Source: a virus
Virus record (IMG/VR): IMGVR_UViG_3300045988_089273
Strand: one strand, 5' to 3'
DNA: 64,000 bases
Shown here: one piece after another, positions 1 to 7,470 of the stretch
How the letters are laid out: the number at the start of each line of letters is the position of its first letter
How positions within the stretch are numbered: position 1 is the first letter of the stretch
Notes under the pieces: generated by a model
Databases searched by the model: none
The model's input: the letters and a program-made list of their open reading frames with translations, nothing else
What the model was told of the DNA's origin: nothing
Translations under genes and position numbers: made by a program

Positions 1-109
1 TGTACTTCTTCCCACATTTGTAGCAAGTTTCCGTAATAGTGCAAGTCTTTTCTTTGCCATTACATTTCGATTCTGTATCCGAACTTTTGAACTTGCATCC
101 ACCTGTCAA
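1..109 (-). CDS. partial Cys-rich ORF, 5' part only (continues beyond window start)
   Basis: Frame stays open from a TTG at 109 to position 1, just downstream of the stop of the 117..695 gene. Translation is LTGGCKFKSSDTESKCNGKEKTCTITETCYKCGKKY. No clear RBS, so the start is uncertain. Confidence 0.25.
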   Translation of the reverse strand, partial: MTGGCKFKSSDTESKCNGKEKTCTITETCYKCGKKY

Positions 110-116
110 AATGCAT

Positions 117-695
117 TTAATCCGTTTTGTGTTCATCTTGTTCTCCTTGCAAAACTTTTCTGATGCAATCCTCAACAAGTATAAAGTCTTTATATGACAT
201 ACGCATCTCGCAATTGTAAAAATGCTTTCCAATTTCATTTACAATTAATTTATAAATTCTAAACTTGGTTTCTTCCGAAAGTTCGTCCAGTTCCACAGGC
301 TTAGTCTTTTGAAGTTCTTCCGCATCGCTGGCAACTGTTTTAATAACATCTTCATCAGGCACTTTTATAGAATCAATAGCTTTAACAATGTCCGGAGTGT
401 TTTTCGGATATATCCCGAGAAATCCACTGTCCATACCTCTGAAAAATTCTTCTGGGCTTACATCTGGATTGTACGAAGGCAATTTCCGATATATTTCGAA
501 GTATTTCTCTTTTTCCTCAGGAGTAAGTACTTCTAATGCAGAGAATCCACTTCGTTTTTGAAATTCATTGCATATATTGGGTGCCGGAGATGAGAACGGA
601 ACATAAAAATTTTTTGAAGAAATTCCACAAATAAGGAATCTGTGAACGCCGTCTGTTTCAATTTTTGAACACGCACAATCATAACAAGTACTCAT
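117..695 (-). CDS. hypothetical protein (192 aa)
   Basis: ORF-track frame 117..815. Start placed at ATG 695 (MSTCYDCA...) because it forms an ATGA stop/start overlap with the upstream 692..925 gene. Confidence 0.6.
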   Translation of the reverse strand: MSTCYDCACSKIETDGVHRFLICGISSKNFYVPFSSPAPNICNEFQKRSGFSALEVLTPEEKEKYFEIYRKLPSYNPDVSPEEFFRGMDSGFLGIYPKNTPDIVKAIDSIKVPDEDVIKTVASDAEELQKTKPVELDELSEETKFRIYKLIVNEIGKHFYNCEMRMSYKDFILVEDCIRKVLQGEQDEHKTD

Positions 696-925
696 ACGTC
701 CACCATAAACTCTTTCTTGCAGTTGCTGCCCTTGCATTTGTACGGCATCCGATAAATTTTTGTGGTTGAGAAAATCTTTAAGGCTTTCTTTCCACAAAAT
801 GGACAAATCACCCACTTTGTACCATTTTCCATTTTAATTTGTGCTGAGCCGTCCCATGGTTCAGGTATATTCATATATTCAGAGAAGTCTACTCCCTCTG
901 ATTCAAGTGCTGCTTTAATGCTCAT
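692..925 (-). CDS. small zinc-ribbon-like protein (77 aa)
   Basis: Cys pairs CPFCGKK and CKGSNCKK. GGAGG lies about 10 nt upstream of ATG 925. Confidence 0.6.
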   Translation of the reverse strand: MSIKAALESEGVDFSEYMNIPEPWDGSAQIKMENGTKWVICPFCGKKALKIFSTTKIYRMPYKCKGSNCKKEFMVDV

Positions 926-1112
926 TTAGTTCTTGCCTCCTTTGAAAAAATCTGTTGTAATCTGCGATTGAAAATTTTCCAAAAGTTCCATGAATTACTT
1001 TTCCTTCAACTTTTGGAATCTTTGACAACATTTCTTTTGAAATTGGCGTTGAATTTTCTACATTCAAATCATCACAGATAAGGTATTTATCGCAATCACG
1101 TTCCACGCTCAT
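915..1112 (-). CDS. hypothetical protein (65 aa)
   Basis: Start moved to ATG 1112 (MSVERDCDKY...), which makes an ATGA overlap with the stop of the 1109..1351 gene. Confidence 0.45.
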   Translation of the reverse strand: MSVERDCDKYLICDDLNVENSTPISKEMLSKIPKVEGKVIHGTFGKFSIADYNRFFQRRQELNEH

Positions 1113-1351
1113 TTGCCATTGTCCTTTCTGATTAATTCTAAAATCGTCAAATAATTGTCCCCGATATAATCTGCTCTTCGGATTCCTCTTGTATCTCCCG
1201 CTTTTCGATGTACCACAGTTGTTTTTCCTGCCAGAAGTATCTGCCCGTCTGGATAGAAGCCGGTCTGGATGTTCATTTGATGACATTCACCCTCGATATT
1301 GTACGTGGTGTAGAGGAAATCAATGTCTGAACCCGAATAAACCAGTAACAT
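1109..1351 (-). CDS. hypothetical protein (80 aa)
   Basis: Start at ATG 1351 (MLLVYSGS...), 1 nt after the TAA of the 1353..1493 small ORF. The longer TTG-initiated ORF-track version would overlap that ORF. Confidence 0.45.
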   Translation of the reverse strand: MLLVYSGSDIDFLYTTYNIEGECHQMNIQTGFYPDGQILLAGKTTVVHRKAGDTRGIRRADYIGDNYLTILELIRKDNGK

Positions 1352-1352
1352 A

Positions 1353-1493
1353 TTACTTACCCCACGGATATTCTTCGAATGCAGCTTTTTTATATTCATC
1401 CGGATGTTTTTTTGCGAATTTAATAATATCTTCAAATTGGTCTTGTTTTAACTGCTTTTCCCATTCTGAACGATTGTCTTTTTCTTTTTTCAT
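1353..1493 (-). CDS. small hypothetical protein (46 aa)
   Basis: Below the ORF-track size cutoff. ATG 1493 lies 1 nt after the TGA of the upstream gene. Translation MKKEKDNRSEWEKQLKQDQFEDIIKFAKKHPDEYKKAAFEEYPWGK. Confidence 0.4.
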   Translation of the reverse strand: MKKEKDNRSEWEKQLKQDQFEDIIKFAKKHPDEYKKAAFEEYPWGK

Positions 1494-1494
1494 A

Positions 1495-1836
1495 TCAGTT
1501 CAACCCATGAATCTTTCTCAGGTTTGCATATCGGTCAATCAGAACGTCAAGTGTTGTATGCAACTGATTAATCGTAATGCAATCGTCCTGATGCTGTCTG
1601 CGGTATTTTGCGATTTCCGCAGATTCGTCATAAAATGGTGTATCTGCCTTTTCGTCCACCTGTCTTTTTAACTCGTTGTTATAAGCGCACATTTTATCCA
1701 GTTCAGCCTGAAGCTCGTTGATTTTATTATCCTTGTCTAAAATCTTATGTTGCTTTGCTTCTCTCTCATCAGCCAACCGAACAAGTTCTTCTTTCAACTG
1801 ATCTACTGTCCAGCTCTTCAAATCTTCAGTTCTCAT
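1495..1836 (-). CDS. coiled-coil hypothetical protein (113 aa)
   Basis: Start at ATG 1836 (MRTEDLKS...), preceded by GGAGGATTGTT. Charged heptad-like sequence. Confidence 0.6.
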   Translation of the reverse strand: MRTEDLKSWTVDQLKEELVRLADEREAKQHKILDKDNKINELQAELDKMCAYNNELKRQVDEKADTPFYDESAEIAKYRRQHQDDCITINQLHTTLDVLIDRYANLRKIHGLN

Positions 1837-1855
1837 AACAATCCTCCATTCACAC

Positions 1856-2569
1856 TCAAGCCGTCTTCTCAAATAATCCAAGGATGAACTCCCGTCCCAT
1901 CTGTGTAATCCGTCTATGGTAGATCACTTTCCCAGAGTCCAGAACTTCCTGTTTGATTTCTTCATATCCGCAATTACTATACTGTGAGAACATCACCCAC
2001 GTACCATTTACCTGATACTGTATCTTTTTCTCTGCCAGAATCCGATTTAGCTGTATTGCTGATTTCAGTCCCAGTTCTTTTGCAATCTCAGTAATGGTAT
2101 AGGTTTTGTTGACGTGCATCAGAATAGCATTCTTTCTCTCGGCTTCTACTCTTGCAGCACGTTCTTCTTTCAGTTTGGTCAGAAGTTCAATGCCGAAGTC
2201 TGGATTATTCAGAATGTTATCAATGACATTGTCCGTGGCATATATGCCATGCTTACGGATAGTCTTCAGAATCTCTTTGACTTCTTTCTTGAACTGTTTT
2301 GCGATCGGCTTTCTGGACTGCATTAAGACTTCGTAGAGTCCGTTCTCGGTAAGGAACCATGATTCCTGTATTCCTCCAAGGGTCGGAACATTCTTCCGAA
2401 CCTTTTCATCATCGTCTACATTGGTAATCATCTTATTGACAGACGATGCATCATACTCAATCCACTCTGCCACATCTTTTGCAAGAAGCAGTGGTTCTTC
2501 TGCTGTTCCGTAAACTCTAAAATGTTTTCCCAACACTTCCTGCTCACTTAATACTTTCAGTTCGTTCAT
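1856..2569 (-). CDS. phage antirepressor, Bro-N domain plus KilAC/ANT-like C-terminal domain
   Basis: N-terminus HFRVYGTAEEPLLLAKDVAEWIEY...LTENGLYEVLMQSRKPIAKQFKKEV is Bro-N-like. The C-terminus TYTITEIAKELGLKSAIQLNRILAEKKIQY is KilAC-like. Start at ATG 2569 with a GGGAGGAAAG RBS. Confidence 0.8.
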   Translation of the reverse strand: MNELKVLSEQEVLGKHFRVYGTAEEPLLLAKDVAEWIEYDASSVNKMITNVDDDEKVRKNVPTLGGIQESWFLTENGLYEVLMQSRKPIAKQFKKEVKEILKTIRKHGIYATDNVIDNILNNPDFGIELLTKLKEERAARVEAERKNAILMHVNKTYTITEIAKELGLKSAIQLNRILAEKKIQYQVNGTWVMFSQYSNCGYEEIKQEVLDSGKVIYHRRITQMGREFILGLFEKTA

Positions 2570-2727
2570 TTTTCTCTTTCCTCCCTGTGCTTCATCTGGC
2601 ACTCGATCATCTTTGCTATATTCTCACGTTCCTGTTTTATTCCATGTCCCTGACGGAATAGCTCACATTCAAGGATATTTCCGCATCTGGAACACTCGTC
2701 TTTAATTTCTTTTCCTGCTATTTGCAT
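2566..2727 (-). CDS. small Cys-containing hypothetical protein (53 aa)
   Basis: Below the ORF-track cutoff. ATG 2727 overlaps the end of the upstream gene, and its TGA overlaps ATG 2569 as ATGA. Translation MQIAGKEIKDECSRCGNILECELFRQGHG... Confidence 0.4.
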   Translation of the reverse strand: MQIAGKEIKDECSRCGNILECELFRQGHGIKQERENIAKMIECQMKHREEREK

Positions 2728-2993
2728 TCCCATCCATCCTGTACCATTCTAGGTTTGTATATTTTTTCAGTATACCCTTCGCCGTTGCATAAGTCGCAAG
2801 TGACTCCTTTTTCTACGTAATCAGCGCAGCATTCCCAGTATTGCGCACGATTTACTCTTTTGATAATAGTTCCACTTCCGCCGCACTTCGGACATCTGTG
2901 AATTTTGTTTCCTTGCATTAGTTTCACAAGGTCATCAAGAGTCGTTTTTCCACCATATGTATCTCTCAAACATATTGCATCATAAATTTTCAT
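2718..2993 (-). CDS. DnaJ-type CxxCxGxG zinc-finger protein (91 aa)
   Basis: Motifs CPKCGGSG and CDLCNGEG. Start at ATG 2993 (MKIYDA...) with GGAGG 9 nt upstream. Confidence 0.6.
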   Translation of the reverse strand: MKIYDAICLRDTYGGKTTLDDLVKLMQGNKIHRCPKCGGSGTIIKRVNRAQYWECCADYVEKGVTCDLCNGEGYTEKIYKPRMVQDGWECK

Positions 2994-3006
2994 TTTCTGT
3001 GTCCTC

Positions 3007-3135
3007 CTAGCATTCACAACTATCATCAAGACATCTAAAGTCTGCGCAATGTTCACTGTCACCATTACAGCAGACACCTTCGCATACTGCGTACCATTTA
3101 CACGTGCAACAACATTTACATCCTTTTGTGTCCAT
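3007..3135 (-). CDS. Cys-rich microprotein (42 aa, 14 Cys)
   Basis: MDTKGCKCCCTCKWYAVCEGVCCNGDSEHCADFRCLDDSCEC. AAGGAG at 3142..3147 sits 6 nt before ATG 3135. Confidence 0.45.
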   Translation of the reverse strand: MDTKGCKCCCTCKWYAVCEGVCCNGDSEHCADFRCLDDSCEC

Positions 3136-3223
3136 AGCCATCTCCTTAATTAAAAAAGTCCAGTGTGCCGACTTGAACGGCATAAATCTCACAACGAGAA
3201 ACACTGGAACCGAACGAAGTAAG

Positions 3224-3258
3224 AGAAAAAGATTCCAATGATTGCAGTTCATTGGAAT
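3224..3258 (-). terminator. rho-independent terminator closing the tRNA cluster
   Basis: Perfect 10-bp stem (3232..3241 pairs with 3249..3258) and a 7-nt loop, followed on the minus strand by CTTTTTC. Confidence 0.55.
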
Positions 3259-3544
3259 TGAAAAGGGAAGATTTGAACTTCCATGTACATCCCATGTCCA
3301 AAGACACATACTCGCCCATTACGATGTACTATCCTCTGCGTCTGCCTTTCTATTGTATCGGGTTCATCACCGTCAATAGTTCCGCCACTTTTCAATCAGA
3401 GCATTATCACTCAATGCATCAAACGTCCATATAGGAGGGGATTTCCACCCTTTTACTCTCATGCCGCCGGCTAAGGTCACCTAAGTTGTGGGTTTAAACC
3501 TATGCTACCACAATAGCGTCTACGTATTCCGCCACTATATGGAA

Positions 3545-3616
3545 TCGGAAAGGCAGGAATCGAACCTGCGGCACATTGCTTACAAGGCCATTGCTCTACC
3601 ACTGAGCTACATTCCG
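3545..3616 (-). tRNA. tRNA-Thr (anticodon UGU)
   Basis: Hand-folded 72-nt cloverleaf. Acceptor CGGAATG/CTTTCCG has 1 mismatch. D arm is GCTC-AGTGGTA-GAGC, anticodon loop CTTGTAA, T arm GCAGG-TTCGATT-CCTGC. No encoded CCA. One mismatch in the anticodon stem. Confidence 0.8.
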
Positions 3617-3735
3617 TACCGCTTGTCACGGCCAGTTAAAAAACTGAGTTGATTTTCACCTTTTTCGCTATAGCGCAAATCCACCTGAGACATAGACCAC
3701 CTGTATACAAACAGCTTAACTCTAAGCGGATTAAA

Positions 3736-3804
3736 GCGGAACGCCCGGAATCGAACCGGAGACCAGAGCGCGACTCTGTCAGTTTTCCACTAGCGTACAT
3801 TCCA
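3736..3804 (-). tRNA. non-canonical tRNA-like gene (possible anticodon CGC; may be a pseudo-tRNA)
   Basis: Good T arm (TCCGG-TTCGATT-CCGGG) and a 7-bp acceptor with two G-U pairs. The D stem is weak and the variable loop is only 2 nt. The anticodon arm folds either as 4 bp plus loop GTCGCGC or as 5 bp plus a 5-nt loop. Confidence 0.4.
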
Positions 3805-4134
3805 CATAACCCGGAACCCCCGGGTTAGCAATATGTTTATCGTGTTATGCTTTCCACTAGGCTGTTTTCAACCGTGCCAGCCCCACGGAGTTGTTTCGGA
3901 TTTGGATATTGATGTCTTTGTGTATAGCGACGAAACCTTTTATATGTCTCTTGAAAACTTCCTGTCCTCAACGTGCACCTATTGACGACAATTTAACTCA
4001 GAGACTGTGCCGAACGGGGAATTATCTTCATTGAACAGGCTGTGCCGTTACACACCTTTCATAAAAATAATCCACATACACTCATTCAGCAGTTTTTTCT
4101 GTCCATAAAACGGATAGACAGTATATGGAAGAAA

Positions 4135-4207
4135 TGGAAACTACAGGACTCGAACCTGTGACTTGTCGGTTATGAGCCGACCGTTCTGCCAACTGAACTA
4201 AGTTTCC
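4135..4207 (-). tRNA. tRNA with CAU anticodon (Met, or Ile2 if lysidine-modified)
   Basis: Perfect 73-nt cloverleaf: GGAAACT TA GTTC AGTTGGCA GAAC G GTCGG CTCATAA CCGAC AAGTC ACAGG TTCGAGT CCTGT AGTTTCC A. Confidence 0.9.
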
Positions 4208-4409
4208 TAAGCAGAGGGTTATTGCAGTTCAAGAGTAACTTCCTCTGCTGTTGCGATTCATGCCCTCACAGTCGCAACAAAGGGTCTAAATGCTGTTCTG
4301 CATAAGCAGAGTCCATCCGGGGCGTTTGAAGCCCCTTTAATCATCCCCGTTGGGATAGATGGAACCAATTCGGAGGGGAACTATATCATGGCTAAACAAT
4401 ATAGTCCGA

Positions 4410-4481
4410 CTGGGCTAGCGGGATTCGAACCCGCGAATACAGCAGTCAAAGTACTGTGCCTTACCGCTTGGCGATAGCCCA
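4410..4481 (-). tRNA. tRNA-Gln (anticodon UUG)
   Basis: 72-nt cloverleaf. Acceptor TGGGCTA/TAGCCCA has the U1-A72 pair typical of tRNA-Gln. Anticodon loop CTTTGAC, T arm GCGGG-TTCGAAT-CCCGC. Confidence 0.85.
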
Positions 4482-4771
4482 TTATTTGTCCGGGATTTTA
4501 CCCGGACTCGTGATAGAGTGATATATTTTATAAAATTTTAGAAAGCATCATGTCTATATTTGTACCATTAAGTCCGCGCCAGTTACTTTGGGAAATTGTA
4601 TTTCACTGACGCAGACCTAAGCTACTCTGGATGCCTCGACCTGTCAGATTCAAAGGCTTTCCCTAACCTGAGAACGACAGGCTTCTGCTTTTCTTGTATT
4701 TTCACCCGTTCAATCAGTATGGTGAACAGGGGAATTTGTATTGTGAATGCTAACCACATTGGGTTCTCCTC

Positions 4772-5266
4772 TTATTCTGCAAAAATCCAATCTTCTGCTA
4801 ACATATCTGCTTGAGATGCAAGCCATCCCATCTGTACACCAGATGTTCCAACAAAAGCAATGGCTTTGTTTCCGATTGCATCATGCTCACAATTTACAAT
4901 TTCATTATCAGCAGTCTTATATGAAATTCCAGTGGCGAGCTGAATGTACTGTTTCTTTCCATTCCAACCTTTTCTCGCTACTTTCATACCTTTTTTCAGG
5001 TACTTAATCGCTTCTCCAAATGAGAATGTTGCTTCTCCGCCAAGGATCGGACAGTTCTGGCCATTCGCATAAATCCACTCATCAGAAAGAATATTCTGAA
5101 GCGTATACTCTACATTACGTGTTTCTCTTATATCCAAACAATCACCATCTTTTGTGTACATAAGGATTGTCTGAGATTCTTCATCCCACCACCAATATCC
5201 TCCCCATGATGGTAATTTCACTGGAATTCCAGATTTCATTTCTTCAAATGCTTCTTTAAATTTCAT
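4772..5266 (-). CDS. tandem DUF2829 (Tad2-like) protein, candidate anti-Thoeris sponge
   Basis: C-terminal half FSFGEAIKYLKKGMKVARKGWNGKKQYIQL...GWLASQADMLAEDWIF matches the DUF2829 pattern. N-terminal half (FKEAFEEMKSGIPVKLPSWGG...LSDEWIY) looks like a divergent second copy. RBS AAAGGAGG. Confidence 0.7.
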   Translation of the reverse strand: MKFKEAFEEMKSGIPVKLPSWGGYWWWDEESQTILMYTKDGDCLDIRETRNVEYTLQNILSDEWIYANGQNCPILGGEATFSFGEAIKYLKKGMKVARKGWNGKKQYIQLATGISYKTADNEIVNCEHDAIGNKAIAFVGTSGVQMGWLASQADMLAEDWIFAE

Positions 5267-5281
5267 TACTTGCGTCCTCCT

Positions 5282-5458
5282 TTATAATCTAAAAATCACA
5301 ACTGCATTAACTGCGAAACATATTTCCATCAATATAAATACTGCCGATGCTATTGGATTGCTTTTCTTTTCGGCTTCATCCTGCGACATAAGGAATATTA
5401 AAACCAATGTGAAAAATGCAATATCCAACATGGCCGCTACGAATTTTGCAAGAATCAT
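5282..5458 (-). CDS. small membrane protein (58 aa, two hydrophobic segments)
   Basis: Below the ORF-track cutoff. ATG 5458 makes an ATGA overlap with the upstream stop. Translation MILAKFVAAMLDIAFFTLVLIFLMSQDEAEKKSNPIASAVFILMEICFAVNAVVIFRL. Confidence 0.45.
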   Translation of the reverse strand: MILAKFVAAMLDIAFFTLVLIFLMSQDEAEKKSNPIASAVFILMEICFAVNAVVIFRL

Positions 5459-5664
5459 TCTTTCTGTTCCTCTCCGATCATAAAATCAAGAATCTTACCG
5501 GCAGTTTCTTCTTCTGGCTCGAATGGCAGGCCGCATGTACAGTACTTCTCAATCGCTGTTTTAAGGCTTGCTTTGAAACCATTGTAAACTTCTCCATGTG
5601 CAAGAAGTTCATTTCTTAAAACGGCTATTGCGTACGTAACAGTTACAGAGTTAGTATTGTTCAT
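5455..5664 (-). CDS. hypothetical protein (69 aa)
   Basis: ORF-track frame, packed between neighbours with overlapping ends. Confidence 0.55.
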   Translation of the reverse strand: MNNTNSVTVTYAIAVLRNELLAHGEVYNGFKASLKTAIEKYCTCGLPFEPEEETAGKILDFMIGEEQKE

Positions 5665-5971
5665 TCTTCAAGTCCTCCATTTCCTTTACGCTGATTCCGA
5701 CTATCCCGGCGCTATCTTTGCTGTCTGTAGCTTTGAAGTGTGCTTTAGGATGCTGCGGGTACATAAACTCGAACATGAGGTAATTTGCTGCATCCACGAG
5801 ATATTCTGTGTTTCCGGTAGAATTATATTTCTCAATACACCGTTCCATGGACGGAAGTGCCTGCACGTTCCCGGTTTTATAATTCTTCCTAGCAGGACCG
5901 TATTTATGATAACTTACCTCGACTCGGTTCTTTCGAAGTTCATCGAAGCGTTCACTGTATTCTTCTGACAT
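5651..5971 (-). CDS. hypothetical protein (106 aa)
   Basis: ORF-track frame with AAGAGG upstream of ATG 5971. No family recognised. Confidence 0.6.
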   Translation of the reverse strand: MSEEYSERFDELRKNRVEVSYHKYGPARKNYKTGNVQALPSMERCIEKYNSTGNTEYLVDAANYLMFEFMYPQHPKAHFKATDSKDSAGIVGISVKEMEDLKNEQY

Positions 5972-6021
5972 ATAAAAACCTCTTTTTTATTTTTTTGAGA
6001 AAAATTGAGTCGGCGTTTTGC

Positions 6022-6171
6022 CTATCTCTTTCGGAAATATTGTTCCAATGCTTCTCTGGTGATCTGCGATATGCTTTTGCCGGTTTGGTTCTTTTCGGCT
6101 ATGAGTTTTCGTTCAAGCTGATATGTGAGCCGGATTCTGATTGATTCGCCCTGAGGGTTATTCTTTTTCAT
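6022..6171 (-). CDS. ribbon-helix-helix (CopG/Arc-like) small protein (49 aa)
   Basis: Below the ORF-track cutoff. MKKNNPQGESIRIRLTYQLERKLIAEKNQTGKSISQITREALEQYFRKR shows a beta strand followed by two helices. Its start overlaps the end of 6158..6370. Confidence 0.45.
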   Translation of the reverse strand: MKKNNPQGESIRIRLTYQLERKLIAEKNQTGKSISQITREALEQYFRKR

Positions 6172-6370
6172 AGGCAGTGTCCATCTTTACTGAAAGAATT
6201 GGTTTGTCACCAGTTTTTGCTAAAAGTGTAATCCCTTCGCCTTCTTTCCAAGATGATGTAGCTATCTGAATATTGGAAACACCAGTTTCACTACAAATAC
6301 TCAGCAACTGCCTGGCAATGTCCATTAGTCCAGATCGAAGATATCCATCATTGTTTACTATTTTTTCCAT
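6158..6370 (-). CDS. hypothetical protein (70 aa)
   Basis: ORF-track frame. First gene after a 518-nt non-coding gap downstream of the small terminase. Confidence 0.5.
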   Translation of the reverse strand: MEKIVNNDGYLRSGLMDIARQLLSICSETGVSNIQIATSSWKEGEGITLLAKTGDKPILSVKMDTAYEKE

Positions 6371-6888
6371 CTTGTACCTGCCTTTCTGATATCGCCTTAT
6401 TCATTTGGCAGAGAAACGGTTAAGGCTTACCGCTTATCGTGTTGCAATCACTATCTCTGCCATGGGGAACTCTTTTTTGTTTTTTTGGAATTTTTAAGCC
6501 TTGCTGTTAGAGGAGGCTTTTTTAATTTTTCGGGAACTCGGAGTACTCACTCGGCGTGTGTTGGGGCTTATATAGACCCCCCTCCCGGTATCCATGCCGG
6601 ACGCTACCAGGGAAGCCCGCCACACCATGGGTTCCCGCTTCCCTGGTTTAACGCTGACCTTTAATGGCCTGCGGCAGTGATCAAGGAAGAAATATATAAC
6701 AGATAATTGTCAGAATATTACATCTATACGAAAAACAACAGTTTTTTATATAGATTAATGTACATATTGCACAATTTGAAGAATTGTGTTTGTATATATT
6801 ACACAGTTTCTACTAATTTTCCTTGTTTTCGTGCCGTTTGTCCGTGGGTCCTGTACATTTCCGGGCTCTTGATGCGTCCTATCTTGAC

Positions 6889-7470
6889 TCACTCTCCTGT
6901 CAGCAAACCGCCAAACTCTTCTTTGATCTGTTCCAGGCTCTCCCGTGGTTTATCCTGCCGCTGGCTTGCCTGTACTGGTGCCGTTTCTGCCATGCCGTCA
7001 ACAGCTTTGCAAAGGAATATACCACCAACGTTCCCGGAAGCTGCACTTTTATATCGTCCGAGTGCGCATTCATCTTGCCATTTTTTAATCGTGTCGGAGC
7101 GTGAGAGGCTTAGCTTTTCACAATAGTCATCAGCTCTGCACTCTCCTTTCGCCCATGAATAAATTGTATCCCTGTGAATGCCAATCAATAGTGCATATTC
7201 TTCTATTGTAGGCTTTTGATTATATTTATATACTAACTCTGTATAAGCTTCCCATATCTCATTAAGTACTGTTATACTCTCAAGTATATCTCTGCTAAAT
7301 CCAACATGTTTATTTATATACTTGATCATACCTGTAAACTGATTACTATTTGGCTTATGTATTTCTTCTTGGTCATACAGTGAATCAACATACTCATCAG
7401 CATAATAATTAATCGTATTAGTATATACTTCTATTCCCTGTTCTGTTACTGTTGTATTACTCTTTTTCAC
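6889..7470 (-). CDS. terminase small subunit
   Basis: HTH-like PTIEEYALLIGIHRDTIYSWAKGE and a C-terminal GNVGGIFLCKAVDG segment, as in TerS families. Start at GTG 7470 with GGAGGTG 5 nt upstream. Confidence 0.7.
   Translation of the reverse strand: MKKSNTTVTEQGIEVYTNTINYYADEYVDSLYDQEEIHKPNSNQFTGMIKYINKHVGFSRDILESITVLNEIWEAYTELVYKYNQKPTIEEYALLIGIHRDTIYSWAKGECRADDYCEKLSLSRSDTIKKWQDECALGRYKSAASGNVGGIFLCKAVDGMAETAPVQASQRQDKPRESLEQIKEEFGGLLTGE

Noticed and set aside
3262-3345. T-arm-like GGAAG-TTCAAAT-CTTCC, suggesting another minus-strand tRNA.
   Set aside because: The required acceptor 5' strand (TGAAAAG) is absent and no anticodon stem-loop forms.
3421-3545. Possible fifth (long-arm) tRNA just downstream of tRNA-Thr. 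It has a GGGTGGAAATCCCC T-arm-like element and a TTGTGG...CCACAA stem.
   Set aside because: I could not build a cloverleaf. No acceptor pairing longer than 5 bp, a non-canonical T loop (TGGAAAT) and no credible anticodon arm. Treated as structured spacer only.
3545-4481. Suppressor tRNA among the phage tRNAs.
   Set aside because: The anticodons read by hand are UGU, CAU and UUG, plus an uncertain CGC. None is complementary to a stop codon.
6707-7126. Plus-strand ORFs (139 and 93 aa) overlapping the 3' half of terS.
   Set aside because: They are antisense to a gene with recognisable TerS features, and nothing supports them as genes.
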